Both the position numbers and the translations under genes were made by a program. The notes under the pieces are model-generated. The model did not search any database. It saw nothing but the letters and a program-made list of their open reading frames with translations, and was not told where the DNA came from. From Vulcanimicrobiota bacterium (lineage in GTDB: Bacteria > Vulcanimicrobiota > Vulcanimicrobiia > Vulcanimicrobiales > Vulcanimicrobiaceae), in assembly GCA_963695225.1 (NCBI GenBank), contig OY968762.1:448001-512000 (forward strand): 64,000 nucleotides of DNA. The letters run 5' to 3'. This document shows, piece by piece, positions 44,893 to 58,338 of the stretch. The number at the start of each line of letters is the position of its first letter. Position 1 is the stretch's first letter.

Positions 44893-45759
44893 CTACGAGC
44901 ACTTTCCAACGTAGCCGCATTGCTGGAGGCACTGGATGCAGCCGCCTTGGGAGATCAGCGGTCCGCTGCATTTCGGACACATGCCGACGCCGGTTTGCAT
45001 CGCTCGCCGGACGTTGATCGCGGTGCCGCCCGCGTCGACCGCAGTGGACTGCATCGTGCCGCCGCCGTACTTCGGTGCGCCCGTGCCGTTGTGGCCGATC
45101 AAGTCGATCGACCGTGCGTTGGCCTCTTGTTCGAGCTTGTCTTCCTTCGTGAAGGGGAACTGCGGCTCGGCGACCGGGACGACGCTCGCCTCGGCGCGCG
45201 CTTCGGGGGGAGCGCCTAGCGGTAGTGCGAGCGCGAGCGCCTTCGCAATGCCCTGCGAGATCCCGTCGGCGCAGGAGAGCGTCGTGGGGCCGTGCGCGTC
45301 GCGCATCTTGGGGTTCGGGCAGCGCATGCCCTCGAACTTTTCGATGAATTTCTGCGGGTCGGCGCCGTAACGCAGGCCCACCGACATCGCGACGCCGAGC
45401 GCCTCGAGGTAGCTCTGCTGGCACGAGCCGCTCTTGCCGAGTTTGAAGAAGACCTCGAACGGATTCCCCGCTTCGTCTTCGTTCATCGTGATGTAGAGCG
45501 GTCCGCAGCCGACGTTCGATTGCACCGTGCGGCCGCGCATCACGGGCGGCCGCTTGCGGTACTCCGTCCGTTTCGGCGCCTGCTGGCGCAGCTTCAGCTC
45601 GTCGTTGTGAGCCTTGAGGTTCTCCACGCGAGCGACGAGCTCGCGGACGGTCTTACCGCAGGTCGAGTTCAAGTCGCGCAGGCGCGCGTTCTCGGCCTGC
45701 ATCAGTTCGAGGCGGTCGACGAGCGCCGCGATGGTCTTCGTGATCGTAGCCTGTTCCAT
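44893..45759 (-). CDS. Class II RNR C-terminal subunit (NrdJb/TSCPD) with N-terminal coiled coil and zinc ribbon
   Basis: GCGPLYITMN, PFEVF, GKSGSC, SCADGI, CPKC...GGCIQC..CGYVGKCS. Confidence 0.88.
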   Translation of the reverse strand: MEQATITKTIAALVDRLELMQAENARLRDLNSTCGKTVRELVARVENLKAHNDELKLRQQAPKRTEYRKRPPVMRGRTVQSNVGCGPLYITMNEDEAGNPFEVFFKLGKSGSCQQSYLEALGVAMSVGLRYGADPQKFIEKFEGMRCPNPKMRDAHGPTTLSCADGISQGIAKALALALPLGAPPEARAEASVVPVAEPQFPFTKEDKLEQEANARSIDLIGHNGTGAPKYGGGTMQSTAVDAGGTAINVRRAMQTGVGMCPKCSGPLISQGGCIQCLQQCGYVGKCS

Positions 45760-45761
45760 GG

Positions 45762-49238
<3,477 letters not shown>

Positions 49239-49275
49239 CGGGAGGCCTCCTACGGTAAACTTCGAGGGTAACCCA

Positions 49276-49291
49276 TCGAACGCCTGTTCGA
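49276..49291. promoter_or_regulatory. LexA SOS box (Gram-positive type)
   Basis: Perfect TCGAAC-GCCT-GTTCGA, about 40 nt upstream of nrdJ. Confidence 0.7.
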
Positions 49292-49316
49292 TGATCCGGC
49301 GGCGTCACGACGCTCG

Positions 49317-49396
49317 GTGCCGCATATTGTACGACGCTGCGCGCTCGGGCACAAGATGTTGGGGTCTCTTATGTTCGGGAGCACTATTCCTTGCGG
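49317..49396. promoter_or_regulatory. Three NrdR boxes at 32-bp spacing
   Basis: Cores CCGCATATTG (49320), CAAGATGTTG (49352) and CTATTCCTTG (49384) versus consensus CwAtATaTwG. Confidence 0.7.
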
Positions 49397-49413
49397 GCAA
49401 CCGGAGCATAAGC

Positions 49414-49474
49414 TGTGGATGAACCCCGCCGCTCGGTGGACCGGCGGTGGTCCGCGCGAGCGCGTTGTGGACAA
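49414..49474. promoter_or_regulatory. Two DnaA-box-like 9-mers
   Basis: TGTGGATGA (49414-49422) and TGTGGACAA (49466-49474), each one mismatch from TGTGGATAA. Confidence 0.45.
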
Positions 49475-49514
49475 GTGCGAGGAGAGCGGGGAGAACTCGC
49501 GCAAACGGGCGGGA

Positions 49515-49997
49515 GTGCTCCGCCCGAACGGCTTTGCCGACCGCCTCGCCGACGTCTCGCTCGACGACCTGGCCGCTTCCGGCGTCCGCGGGATCATCGT
49601 CGATCTCGACAACACGCTGATCGGCTACGGCTTGGAGGAGGTCGCCGCGCACGATACCGCGTGGATCGAAGAGGCTCGCGAGCGCGGCTTCGCGCTCGCG
49701 CTCGTCTCGAACAACTTCACCGATCGCGTCCGGCGCGCGAGCGAAAAGCTCGGCGTCCCCGCCGTCCCGAACGCGCTCAAGCCGTTGCCGCGCGGATTTT
49801 CCGCGGCGCTGCGCATCATCGGGACGCCGAAAGACGCCACGATCGTCATCGGCGATCAACTCTTCACGGACGTCCTCGGTGCGAAACTCGTCGGCTTGCG
49901 AGTGATCCTCACCCGCCCGATCGTCGCGCACGATTGGTACGGCACGCGCGTGCTGCGTTTCTTCGAGCGACTCGTGCTCGGCTCGAGGCGAGCGTAG
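49515..49997 (+). CDS. YqeG family HAD IIIA phosphatase (start uncertain)
   Basis: DLDNTL, VSNN, ALKP, IGDQLFTDVLGA. Confidence 0.9.
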   Translation: MLRPNGFADRLADVSLDDLAASGVRGIIVDLDNTLIGYGLEEVAAHDTAWIEEARERGFALALVSNNFTDRVRRASEKLGVPAVPNALKPLPRGFSAALRIIGTPKDATIVIGDQLFTDVLGAKLVGLRVILTRPIVAHDWYGTRVLRFFERLVLGSRRA

Positions 49998-50657
49998 ATG
50001 CCGCCCGCGGCCTTCGTGTTCGATCTCTACGGCACGCTCGTCGACTTCACGTCGCTGGGGGAGCAGCTTCACGATCTCACGTCCGACGCAGCTCGTTTCG
50101 TCGACGCATGGCGCGGCAAACAGCTCGCCTACGCGTTCGCCTCGTCCCTTATGGGGCGCTATCAGGATTTCGACGCGCTGACGGGCTACGCGCTCGCGTA
50201 CGCGGCCGCGACGCTCGGCGTTTCGCTGAGCAAGGAACGGCGCGCAGCGCTCGTAGAGGCCTGGTCCGCCTTGCCCGCGTACCCCGAGGTCGCCGAGGTG
50301 CTTGCGGTGCTGCGCACGCAGGGCAAGCGGCTTGCGATCCTCAGCAACGGGACGCCGCGAGCGCTCGCGCGGATCGTGCGGCACGCCGGGATCGCGGACG
50401 CTTTCGACGCGGTCCTCAGCGTCGACGACGTGCGGGAGTACAAGCCGAGCCCGGCCGTCTACGCGCTCGCGGAACGCACGCTCGCGTTTCGGCGCGACGA
50501 GATCGGGTTCGTCTCCTCGAACGGATGGGATGCGACCGGCGCCGCGGAATTCGGATTCGATGTGTACTGGTGCAACCGGCGCGGCGCGCCCGCCGAAACG
50601 TTCGGCGCGGCGCCCGCTCATACGATTTCGTCGCTGCGCGAGTTGACTGCGGGCTGA
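49998..50657 (+). CDS. Haloacid dehalogenase type II
   Basis: FDLYGTL, WRGKQL, ILSNG, YKPSP, VSSNGWD. Confidence 0.92.
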   Translation: MPPAAFVFDLYGTLVDFTSLGEQLHDLTSDAARFVDAWRGKQLAYAFASSLMGRYQDFDALTGYALAYAAATLGVSLSKERRAALVEAWSALPAYPEVAEVLAVLRTQGKRLAILSNGTPRALARIVRHAGIADAFDAVLSVDDVREYKPSPAVYALAERTLAFRRDEIGFVSSNGWDATGAAEFGFDVYWCNRRGAPAETFGAAPAHTISSLRELTAG

Positions 50658-50658
50658 C

Positions 50659-51411
50659 GTGGTCGAGCGCGCCGCGCTGAAGCTCGCCGTCGTCGGAGAT
50701 CCCGTCGCGCACAGCCGCAGCCCGGCATTGCAGCGCGGCTTCATGGGCGCGGCCGGAATTCCCGGCACCTACGAGGCGATTCGCGTCCGCGCCGGGGAAC
50801 TCGCCGCCGCAGTCGCGCACCTGCGCGCCGAGGGATACGCAGGCGCGAACGTGACGACGCCGCTCAAGGAAGAAGCCGCCGCGCTCTGCGAGCGGCTCTC
50901 CCCGGCCGCGCAGGCCCTCGGCGCCGTGAACACGCTCGTCTTTCGCGCGGGCGAGACGTTCGGCGCGAACACGGACGGCGCCGGCGCCCTCGGCGCGCTC
51001 GGAGCCGTGCTCGGCGACGTGCGGAACAAGCGCATCCTCGTTCTCGGCGCCGGCCCTACGGCGCGCGCCGCCGTCCGCTCCCTCGTGCTCGCCGGGGCGG
51101 ACGTTGCGCTGTGGAACCGCACCCCGGAGCGCGCGGGCGCCCTCGCCGCAGCATCCGGCGCGCACGTTTGGGACGAACGTTCCCCGAACGACGCCGTCTA
51201 CGCGACGCTCCCGCCGCACCCGCATCTCTCGTTCGCCGTAGAGCGCGCGCTGGCCGAAGCGCCGGTCGTCCTCGATGCGAACTATGGTCCGCGCGCGACG
51301 CTCGCCGCGCAGTGCGGCCGCCCGGTCGTCAACGGCGAAGCGATGCTCGAGGCGAGCGCGCGCCGCTCGTTCGAGCTCTGGACGGCGCAGATCCCCGAGA
51401 GCGCGGTCTAG
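50659..51411 (+). CDS. aroE: Shikimate dehydrogenase
   Basis: GDPVAHSRSP, NVTTPLKE, AVNT, NTDG, GAG, NRT. Confidence 0.9.
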   Translation: MVERAALKLAVVGDPVAHSRSPALQRGFMGAAGIPGTYEAIRVRAGELAAAVAHLRAEGYAGANVTTPLKEEAAALCERLSPAAQALGAVNTLVFRAGETFGANTDGAGALGALGAVLGDVRNKRILVLGAGPTARAAVRSLVLAGADVALWNRTPERAGALAAASGAHVWDERSPNDAVYATLPPHPHLSFAVERALAEAPVVLDANYGPRATLAAQCGRPVVNGEAMLEASARRSFELWTAQIPESAV

Positions 51412-51818
51412 CCGCGTCGCGCGAGGAGTTCCGCAGCCTCGCGTAAGCCCGCGCGGATCGCTTCCGGCCCCGGGGGACAGCCGCGGACCGTGACCGCAGC
51501 CTCGAGTTCGACGCCGGCTCCGGCGCCGGCCGCGTCCGCCCCGCTCCACGGGCCCACGCCGGCGGCGCAATCGCCGACGGCGATCACGATCCGCGGTTCG
51601 GGCACCGCCGCGAGCGTTTCGCGCGCGGCGGCGCGCATCGCGCTCGTCATCGGTCCGGTGACGGTGAGCGCGTCGGCGTGCCGCGGCGAGGCGACGATGT
51701 CCCAGCCCTCGCTCGTGATGTCGTAGAACGCGGTGTTGAGGGAGCTCATCTCGTGCTCGCAGCCGTTGCAGCTCCCGCAGACGAGATGGCGGATCCCAAG
51801 CGAACGCCGGAAACTCAT
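51408..51818 (-). CDS. Group 4 hydrogenase small subunit (HyfI/HycG/NuoB-like)
   Basis: GSCNGCE, SPRHAD, VTGP, AVGDCA, GCPP. Confidence 0.9.
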   Translation of the reverse strand: MSFRRSLGIRHLVCGSCNGCEHEMSSLNTAFYDITSEGWDIVASPRHADALTVTGPMTSAMRAAARETLAAVPEPRIVIAVGDCAAGVGPWSGADAAGAGAGVELEAAVTVRGCPPGPEAIRAGLREAAELLARRG

Positions 51819-51822
51819 CGCG

Positions 51823-53214
51823 TCACCGGTCCGCACAGGCGTAGCACAGGTTGAAGCTCTTGTTCACGAGCGGGAAGTCCGGAATGATGTTCCCCTCCAT
51901 GGCGCGGGCGACGACCGGCCAGTTGCGGTAGGAGGCGGAGATCGCGTGAACGCGCGCGAGCCGGCCGCTCTCGTCGACGTGCACGGCGAGCGTTTCCGTC
52001 CCGCGCGGCCCCTCGACGGCGGCGTACGCGCGCCCCGGCCGCACCGCATCCGCGCTCGCGGTTGGGAGAGGCGTCTCGCCGAGGCCGGCGAGCGCTTCGC
52101 GGATCAGGCGGAACGAAGCGCGCAATTCCTCGCGCTTCACCGAGCAACGCGCGTAGGCGTCGCCGGCGTGCTCCGTCGCGATCTCTTGCACCAGCTCGCG
52201 ATAGGCGCCGTACGGCGCGAACGTTCGAACGTCGCGCGTCCCGCCGGAGGCGCGGTGCGCGGGGCCGACGGCCCCGAATGCGTGCGCGGTTTCTTTGGGG
52301 ACGTGGCCCGTGCGGTGCCAGCGCGAGATGACCGATCCGTTCGCGAACAGCCGGACGAGATACGCCTCGCTCGCGCCGGCGAGCTCGTCGAGTTCGCCGC
52401 GCAGCGCCGCCGGTTCGTTCAGCACGTTCGCGCCGATGCCGCCGGGGAGGATCGCGTCGAAGAGCAAGCGGTGCCCGCTCGCGCGCGCGCACAGGCGCAT
52501 CGCGCGCTCCTTGAGCGCCATCCCTTGCGCGAACCCGGGACCGAAGCCCGCCGCGGACGCGCTCGCGGCGATGTCGGCGAGATGGTTGTAGATGCGTTCG
52601 AGCTCGCAGAGGATCAGGCGGGCGCGCTCTACCCGTGGTTCGATCTCGATCTCCGCCAGGCTCTCGAGCGCGAGCGCGTATGCGAGCGAACGGGCCGCGC
52701 TGCAGCCGCCGCAGATGCGCGCAACGAGCGGCGCCGCCGAGCGAGCCTCGCGCCCTTCGAGCATCCGCTCGACGCCGCGGTGCTCGTAACCGAGTTGCGC
52801 GTCGAGATGGACGACGTTCTCGCCGCCCGAGTTGAACGTGAAACGGCCGGGTTCGATGATGCCGGCGTGGACGGGGCCGACGACGATGTGCATGACGCCC
52901 ACCCCGTGCGCGACGACCGCGGCCGGCATCGCTCCGGCGCGGGCGCGAAGCGCTCGCGCATCCGGGGCGTCGAGGAAGCGGACGCTGCGCTCATCGGCGA
53001 TTTCGCGTTCGTCCCACGAGAACAACGGGCGCGCGGCGGCGAGCGAGGGGAGTTCGCGGGCGCCGTCGAGCCTGCGCGAGAGTGCGACGACGCCCGCCGG
53101 CTCGAGGAAGAGATAATGCACGCCCTCGTCGCACGCGTACGCGCCGAGCGGGACCTCGAGCGCGGCCGCGCGCGCGGCGAACGCCGCTGCGTCGAGCCAA
53201 TCCGGAGCGTTCAT
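51823..53214 (-). CDS. Group 4 hydrogenase large subunit (HyfG/HycE-like)
   Basis: GPVHAGIIEPG, HRGVE, RICGGC, ELERIYNH, VEGPRG, NKSFNLCYACADR. Confidence 0.92.
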   Translation of the reverse strand: MNAPDWLDAAAFAARAAALEVPLGAYACDEGVHYLFLEPAGVVALSRRLDGARELPSLAAARPLFSWDEREIADERSVRFLDAPDARALRARAGAMPAAVVAHGVGVMHIVVGPVHAGIIEPGRFTFNSGGENVVHLDAQLGYEHRGVERMLEGREARSAAPLVARICGGCSAARSLAYALALESLAEIEIEPRVERARLILCELERIYNHLADIAASASAAGFGPGFAQGMALKERAMRLCARASGHRLLFDAILPGGIGANVLNEPAALRGELDELAGASEAYLVRLFANGSVISRWHRTGHVPKETAHAFGAVGPAHRASGGTRDVRTFAPYGAYRELVQEIATEHAGDAYARCSVKREELRASFRLIREALAGLGETPLPTASADAVRPGRAYAAVEGPRGTETLAVHVDESGRLARVHAISASYRNWPVVARAMEGNIIPDFPLVNKSFNLCYACADR

Positions 53215-54668
53215 CGGGGAGCTCCGTCGAGCGCCGCCGCGACCGTCTGCAACATCCCGCCGAGGCCCGTCCACGGGACGAGCGCCGCCGCGAGCGCGCC
53301 GCCGAGCGCGAGCGCGGCGGCCGCCACGGAGGTCACCGCGCGCGAGGTCGAGGGGTGGAGCCCGTCCGGGGATGCGTGCCCCGATTCGATCTCGATGGCG
53401 GCGCGAGAGAGAGCGGCGAACGCGAACGCCATCCCGACGAGGCCGAGGGCGAGCGCCGCCCACGCTCCGGCGAGAACGCCCGCGATCACGACGAGCAGTT
53501 CGCTCACGAAGATGCCGAACGGCGGAAGGCCGCCGAGCGCGGAGAGCGCGGCGAGCAGCATGCGCCCGCCGATGCCGGAGCCCCACAACCCGCGCAATCG
53601 GGAGAGCGACGTCGTGCGGCGCTCGCGCTGTACGAGGCCCGCCGCCAGGAACGCGGCGGATTTCGCGAACGCGTGCGAGAGGACGTGCGCGAGGGCTGCG
53701 AGCGTGCCGAGCTTCCCGCCGAAGCCCAGCGCGAGGGCGACGATCCCGGCATGTTCCACGGTCGAATACGCGAGCAGTCGCTTGAGATCGGTTTGCGTGA
53801 GCATCAGCGCGCCCGCGACGACCGTCGAGAGCGCGCCGAGCCACAGCAGGAGCGTATGCGCGAGCGGGCCCGCCCCGACGGCGCCGGCGACGCCGAGCGT
53901 CCTCATCAGCGCGTAGAGCGCGCACGAGACGAGCACTCCCGAGAGGAGCCCGCTTACGGGCGCGGGCGCCTTCGAATGCGCGTCGGGGAGCCAGGCGTGC
54001 ATCGGGACGAGCCCCGCCTTCGTCGAGAAGCCGATGATCATGAGCGCGATCGCGAGCCGCGCGAGCGGGGGCGCGCCGAGCCCCGGATGCGCTTCGATCG
54101 CGGACCACGAGAGCGCCTGCGCGGGCGCAAGCCCCAGTGCGAGCGTGACGTGCGCGAGCGCCATCAAGCCGAACAGCGCGAACGCGATCCCCACGCTGCA
54201 GAGCACGAGGTATTTCCAGGCAGCTTCCAGCGACTCGGCTTCGCCGGCGAAACCGACGAGGAAGGCGGTTGCGAGCGTCGTCGCGGAGATGCCGAGCCAC
54301 AGCAGCGAGAAGTTGTCGGCCAGCACGACGAGCAGCATCGCGCTCCAGAACGAGCCGAGCAGCGCGTAGTAGACCGAAACGCGGGACCAGGTGACCGCTT
54401 CGTCCGGGTCGCCGACGATATCCCCGACGCGCTGCTCGAAGATCGCCCCGCCGACAGAAAACGCCGTCGCGAGGAAGCCGAGCATCGAGACGAGGGCCGC
54501 GAAGCCGAGCGAGAGCGCGTCGACGCGCCCGATCATCGCGAGCGGTGCGAGCGCGGCGCAGGCGGCCAACGTGACCTTCGCGCGGCGGCGCGCGGCGCCG
54601 GCCGGAACCGCGAGCGGGAGCAGCGAGGCGGCGAGCGGGGCCAGCACCACCAAAACGAGCGGGTTCAT
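53211..54668 (-). CDS. HyfF-like antiporter subunit
   Basis: SLEAAWKY, TKAGLVPMHAWLPDAHSKAP, KRLLAYS.VEH. Confidence 0.9.
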   Translation of the reverse strand: MNPLVLVVLAPLAASLLPLAVPAGAARRRAKVTLAACAALAPLAMIGRVDALSLGFAALVSMLGFLATAFSVGGAIFEQRVGDIVGDPDEAVTWSRVSVYYALLGSFWSAMLLVVLADNFSLLWLGISATTLATAFLVGFAGEAESLEAAWKYLVLCSVGIAFALFGLMALAHVTLALGLAPAQALSWSAIEAHPGLGAPPLARLAIALMIIGFSTKAGLVPMHAWLPDAHSKAPAPVSGLLSGVLVSCALYALMRTLGVAGAVGAGPLAHTLLLWLGALSTVVAGALMLTQTDLKRLLAYSTVEHAGIVALALGFGGKLGTLAALAHVLSHAFAKSAAFLAAGLVQRERRTTSLSRLRGLWGSGIGGRMLLAALSALGGLPPFGIFVSELLVVIAGVLAGAWAALALGLVGMAFAFAALSRAAIEIESGHASPDGLHPSTSRAVTSVAAAALALGGALAAALVPWTGLGGMLQTVAAALDGAPR

Positions 54669-55276
54669 CCGCGCAAGCGCCTTAGGAACTCGACGTCGAG
54701 CATCGGGTTCTGCACGACGAACGCACGCACGAGCGCGAGCCCGATGAACGTGCCGACGACGGCGTCGAACGTGGCGCCGAGTTCCACGGATTCGGGGAGT
54801 TGCGGCGCGAGCACAGCTCCCGCGAGCGTCACGCCCGCGCCGAGTGCGAGCAGGCCGATCACGTGTGCGAGCAGATTGCGGTGCACGACGAGCATCCCAA
54901 CGCCGCAGAGCGTGACGTACGCGACGAGCCCTTGCATCGGGATCCCGGCGAGCGACGGAATGTGCGTGAAGGCGGCCGCGACCAAGGCGAAGCCGATCGC
55001 GAGCAGCAGGCGCAGCGGCATCGAGACCGAGGGATGCAAGTCGGATGCCGCCGGATTCCCGCGCATGAAGAACACGATCCCGAGCGGCGCGATGATGACT
55101 TTGATGAGCGTCGTGATGAAGAAGAGCGTGAACGCAAGCCACGATTCGTGCGTCGAAGGCTCGATCAACACGCTCGCGATCGCGGCGAGGACGACGTAGG
55201 CGGTCAGGACGTACGACGTCCGCGCGCTGACGATCAGGATCGCGCCGGCGACGAGGACGAACAGGTCCAGGTTCAT
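54665..55276 (-). CDS. HyfE-like membrane subunit
   Basis: K..IAP, VELG..FD, C-terminal LRG; operon position. Confidence 0.82.
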   Translation of the reverse strand: MNLDLFVLVAGAILIVSARTSYVLTAYVVLAAIASVLIEPSTHESWLAFTLFFITTLIKVIIAPLGIVFFMRGNPAASDLHPSVSMPLRLLLAIGFALVAAAFTHIPSLAGIPMQGLVAYVTLCGVGMLVVHRNLLAHVIGLLALGAGVTLAGAVLAPQLPESVELGATFDAVVGTFIGLALVRAFVVQNPMLDVEFLRRLRG

Positions 55277-56142
55277 ACGAGCCTCCCGAACAGGTGGAGC
55301 GCGATGCTCGTCGCCGCGAGGATGAACGCCGTCGCGAGGATTTGCGGAACCTCGAAGAGGCGCAGCTTCGCGAGCGCGTTTTCGACGAGCGTGATCGCGC
55401 ACGCGAGCGCGACGAGCCAGCCCGCGTCGGCCCACCAACTCTCGCCGGGGAGCAGCATCGCCGCGAGCAGCAGGAAGCCGAACTGCTTGACGTATGCCGC
55501 AAGCTGCAGCAGCGCGAGTTGCCAACCGGCGTACTCGAGCAGCAGGCCTTCATGGATCATCGTCAACTCGTAATGCGTCTCCTGATTGTCGATCGGCACG
55601 CGCGCCGTCTCCACGAGCGAGACGAGGAAGAACGCCGCGAACGCGAGGATGCTCTCCGGGCCGAAGTGGATCGAGAAGAGCGCGGGGAGGCCCGTTCCGT
55701 TTCCGAGCGCGGCCGCCCCGAGCAGCGCGACGAGCAGCGTCGGCTCGACCAGCGCGCCGAACGTCACCTCGCGGCTCGCCGCCATCCCGGCGAAGGCGCT
55801 GCGCGAATCGAGCGCGGCCAACGTTACGACGAAGCGCCCGAGTCCGAGCAAGAACGCGAGCGCGACCACGTCGACGATGGCAAGGCCGCCGTCGCGCCGC
55901 GCGAACGGCAGCGCCGCGACGAACGTCAAGGCGACGCCGAGCGCGACGCCCGGTGCCGCGACGGCGATCGGCGAGGCGCCTTCGGGGAGCAGCGCCTCCT
56001 TCTTCCAGAGCTTCGCGAGGTCGCGATACGGTTGGAGCGCGGAAGGGCCGGGGCGGCCTTGCAGCCGCGCGCGCAGCAGCTTCATCGCACCCTGCAGAAG
56101 GGGTGCGAGCAGCGCGATGCCGAGCACCTGCAGCACGATCAT
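55273..56142 (-). CDS. HyfC/HycD (NuoH-like) membrane subunit
   Basis: RLQGRPGP..LQPYRDL.KL, ASRE, ETARVPIDN, ELTMIHE. Confidence 0.92.
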   Translation of the reverse strand: MIVLQVLGIALLAPLLQGAMKLLRARLQGRPGPSALQPYRDLAKLWKKEALLPEGASPIAVAAPGVALGVALTFVAALPFARRDGGLAIVDVVALAFLLGLGRFVVTLAALDSRSAFAGMAASREVTFGALVEPTLLVALLGAAALGNGTGLPALFSIHFGPESILAFAAFFLVSLVETARVPIDNQETHYELTMIHEGLLLEYAGWQLALLQLAAYVKQFGFLLLAAMLLPGESWWADAGWLVALACAITLVENALAKLRLFEVPQILATAFILAATSIALHLFGRLV

Positions 56143-58010
56143 CGGGCGGCGACCACGATGACGACGATCAACGCGATGACCGCGTACGCGAGGTAGAGCC
56201 GCAGGCTGCCGCTCTGCACGACGCGCGTGCGCCGCGCGAGGCGCAGCGTGACGGCCGCGAACGTGCGCGCGGCTTCATCGGTGAGATCCCGGCTCGCAGT
56301 GCGGTAGACGATCCGATCCGGGAACCAATGGGAACTCCCGCCTTCGAGCGTCCGCTGGCGGTCGGGGATCAGCACGAACGCGAAGATGCGCCGCAGGGGT
56401 TTCGAGAAAGCGGTCGCCGTGTATTGCGCGGCGGCCGTCACCGGGGAACCGCACGTCCAGGTCGGAACGCGGCGGATGCCCCGTCTGCGGGCGAGCGCAA
56501 AGGCCGCGAGCGCCCCCGCGACCGGCAAGAACGCGAGCGTCGCAGGAAGGAGCGGGAACGTCGCTTGAGGCGGCGCGGACGCGCCGGCGAGTTCGGCGGC
56601 GATCCCGGCGAGCGGCGCCGTCGCCAACGTTGGGAAGAGCCCGAAGCCGAGGCATAAGGCCGCGAGCAGGAGCGGCCCGGCGAGCGAGAGATCGAACGTT
56701 TCGCTCGCGCCGGCCGCGACGTACGGCCGGCGCGAGCGGCCGAGGAACGCGATGCCGAACGCCTTCACGAACGTGGCGGCGGCGAGGCCGCCGGCGAGCG
56801 CGAGCCCGGCGATGGCCGCGAGCACGGTCATCTTCGCGAATGGGTCCCCTGCCCGCATCGCGCCGATCAGGCCTTGAAACGTCAGCCATTCCGAAGCAAA
56901 ACCGTTGCTCGGCGGAAGCGCGGCGATCGCGGCTGACCCGATCAAGAAGAGCGGCGCCGTCCAGGCAAGCCGGCTCCAGAGCCCGCCCAGCCGCTCGAGG
57001 TCGACGGTCCCCTCGCTCTCGGCGACGGCCCCGGCGCCTAGGAACAGGAGCCCCTTGAAGAAGCCGTGGTTGAGCGCGTGGAACAGCGCGGCGGTCAGCG
57101 CGAGTGCGGCGACCGAGGGGAGGCCCTCCGACCGGGCGAGGAGTGCCGTGCCCAGGCCGATCGCGACGATCCCGACGTTCTCGACGGACGAGTACGCGAG
57201 CAGGCGCTTGAGATCGCGTTCGGCGAGCGCGAACAGGACGCCGCCGACAGCGCTGACGGTTCCGAGCGCGACGAGCGCGACGCCCCACCAGGGCGGCGCC
57301 GGCGCTGCGAGGACGAAGACCACGAGCGCGAGGCCGTAGAGCGCGACCTTGAGCATAGCGCCCGAGAGCAGCGCCGACGCCTGCGCGGGTGCGACTGGAT
57401 GGGCGCGCGGCAGCCAGAAATGCAGCGGCATCAAGCCGGCCTTCGAGCCGAATCCGAGCAGCGCGAGGACGAACACGGCGGTGCGCGCGGGGCCGGGGAG
57501 CGTCGCGCCCGCCGGTGCGATCGCGGCGAACGACGGGCTCCCCGCGTGCAGGGCCAGGATCACGAGCGCCACGAGCAGGCAGGCCGCGCCCGTCTGCGAG
57601 ACGACGAGATAGAGAAAGGCCGCCCGGCGCACGTCGCGCCGCTCGTGATGCGCCGCCACGAGGAAGGCCGAAACGAACGCCATGGCCTCCCAGGCGATGA
57701 GGAACGCGGCGACGCTCTGCGCGCAGAGAACGAGGAGCATCGCCGCGCTGAAGGCCGCGACGAGCGGCGCCTCGGCGGCACGGCCGCGCCGCGTGCTCCA
57801 TAGCGCGACCGCGACGTCGAGCGCGGCGATCAGCGCGCAGAACGCGGCGGCGAGCGGCGTGATGCCGAATTCGAGCCGCAGCGCCGGGATCGGCCCGTCG
57901 AAGGCGCCGAGGGGCTGCGCGCCGTTCGTCACGGCGAGCCAAGCCAAGGCCGCCGCGACGGCCGCGACCGCGAGCATCGCGGCGATACCGAGCGTTCGAA
58001 CCAACGGCAC
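56139..58010 (-). CDS. HyfB-like antiporter subunit
   Basis: KAGLMPLHFWLPRAHP.AP, LKRLLAYSSVEN, NHGFFKGLLF, PP.NGFASEW, WTCG. Confidence 0.92.
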   Translation of the reverse strand: MPLVRTLGIAAMLAVAAVAAALAWLAVTNGAQPLGAFDGPIPALRLEFGITPLAAAFCALIAALDVAVALWSTRRGRAAEAPLVAAFSAAMLLVLCAQSVAAFLIAWEAMAFVSAFLVAAHHERRDVRRAAFLYLVVSQTGAACLLVALVILALHAGSPSFAAIAPAGATLPGPARTAVFVLALLGFGSKAGLMPLHFWLPRAHPVAPAQASALLSGAMLKVALYGLALVVFVLAAPAPPWWGVALVALGTVSAVGGVLFALAERDLKRLLAYSSVENVGIVAIGLGTALLARSEGLPSVAALALTAALFHALNHGFFKGLLFLGAGAVAESEGTVDLERLGGLWSRLAWTAPLFLIGSAAIAALPPSNGFASEWLTFQGLIGAMRAGDPFAKMTVLAAIAGLALAGGLAAATFVKAFGIAFLGRSRRPYVAAGASETFDLSLAGPLLLAALCLGFGLFPTLATAPLAGIAAELAGASAPPQATFPLLPATLAFLPVAGALAAFALARRRGIRRVPTWTCGSPVTAAAQYTATAFSKPLRRIFAFVLIPDRQRTLEGGSSHWFPDRIVYRTASRDLTDEAARTFAAVTLRLARRTRVVQSGSLRLYLAYAVIALIVVIVVAAR

Positions 58011-58011
58011 G

Positions 58012-58338
58012 TTAAGCGCGGATTTCGCGGCGCAGATCTTCGAGCACGCTCTGCACGCTCACGAGGTGGTTGTCGAAGATGTCGCGGGCCGAATCCAGCA
58101 GCCGCCAGATCGCGGGGTCGCGGACTTCGTAGCGGATCGTGTTCCCGTGGCGCTGCGTCGTGACGAAGTTCCGCGCCCGCAGGACCGCGAGCTGCTGGGA
58201 GAGCGTCGACTGTTCCGCCCCGAGGCGGTCGCGCAACTCGCCGACGTTCAGCGGCCCGCCGCGCAGTTCGTCCAGGATCTGGATGCGCAACGGATGGGCC
58301 AGCGCCTTGAAGAACTCGGCTTTAAAGGTATATCGCAC
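58012..58338 (-). CDS. ArsR/SmtB regulator (Rv0081-like)
   Basis: KAEFFKALAHPLRIQIL, LSQQLAVLR. Confidence 0.9.
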   Translation of the reverse strand: MRYTFKAEFFKALAHPLRIQILDELRGGPLNVGELRDRLGAEQSTLSQQLAVLRARNFVTTQRHGNTIRYEVRDPAIWRLLDSARDIFDNHLVSVQSVLEDLRREIRA

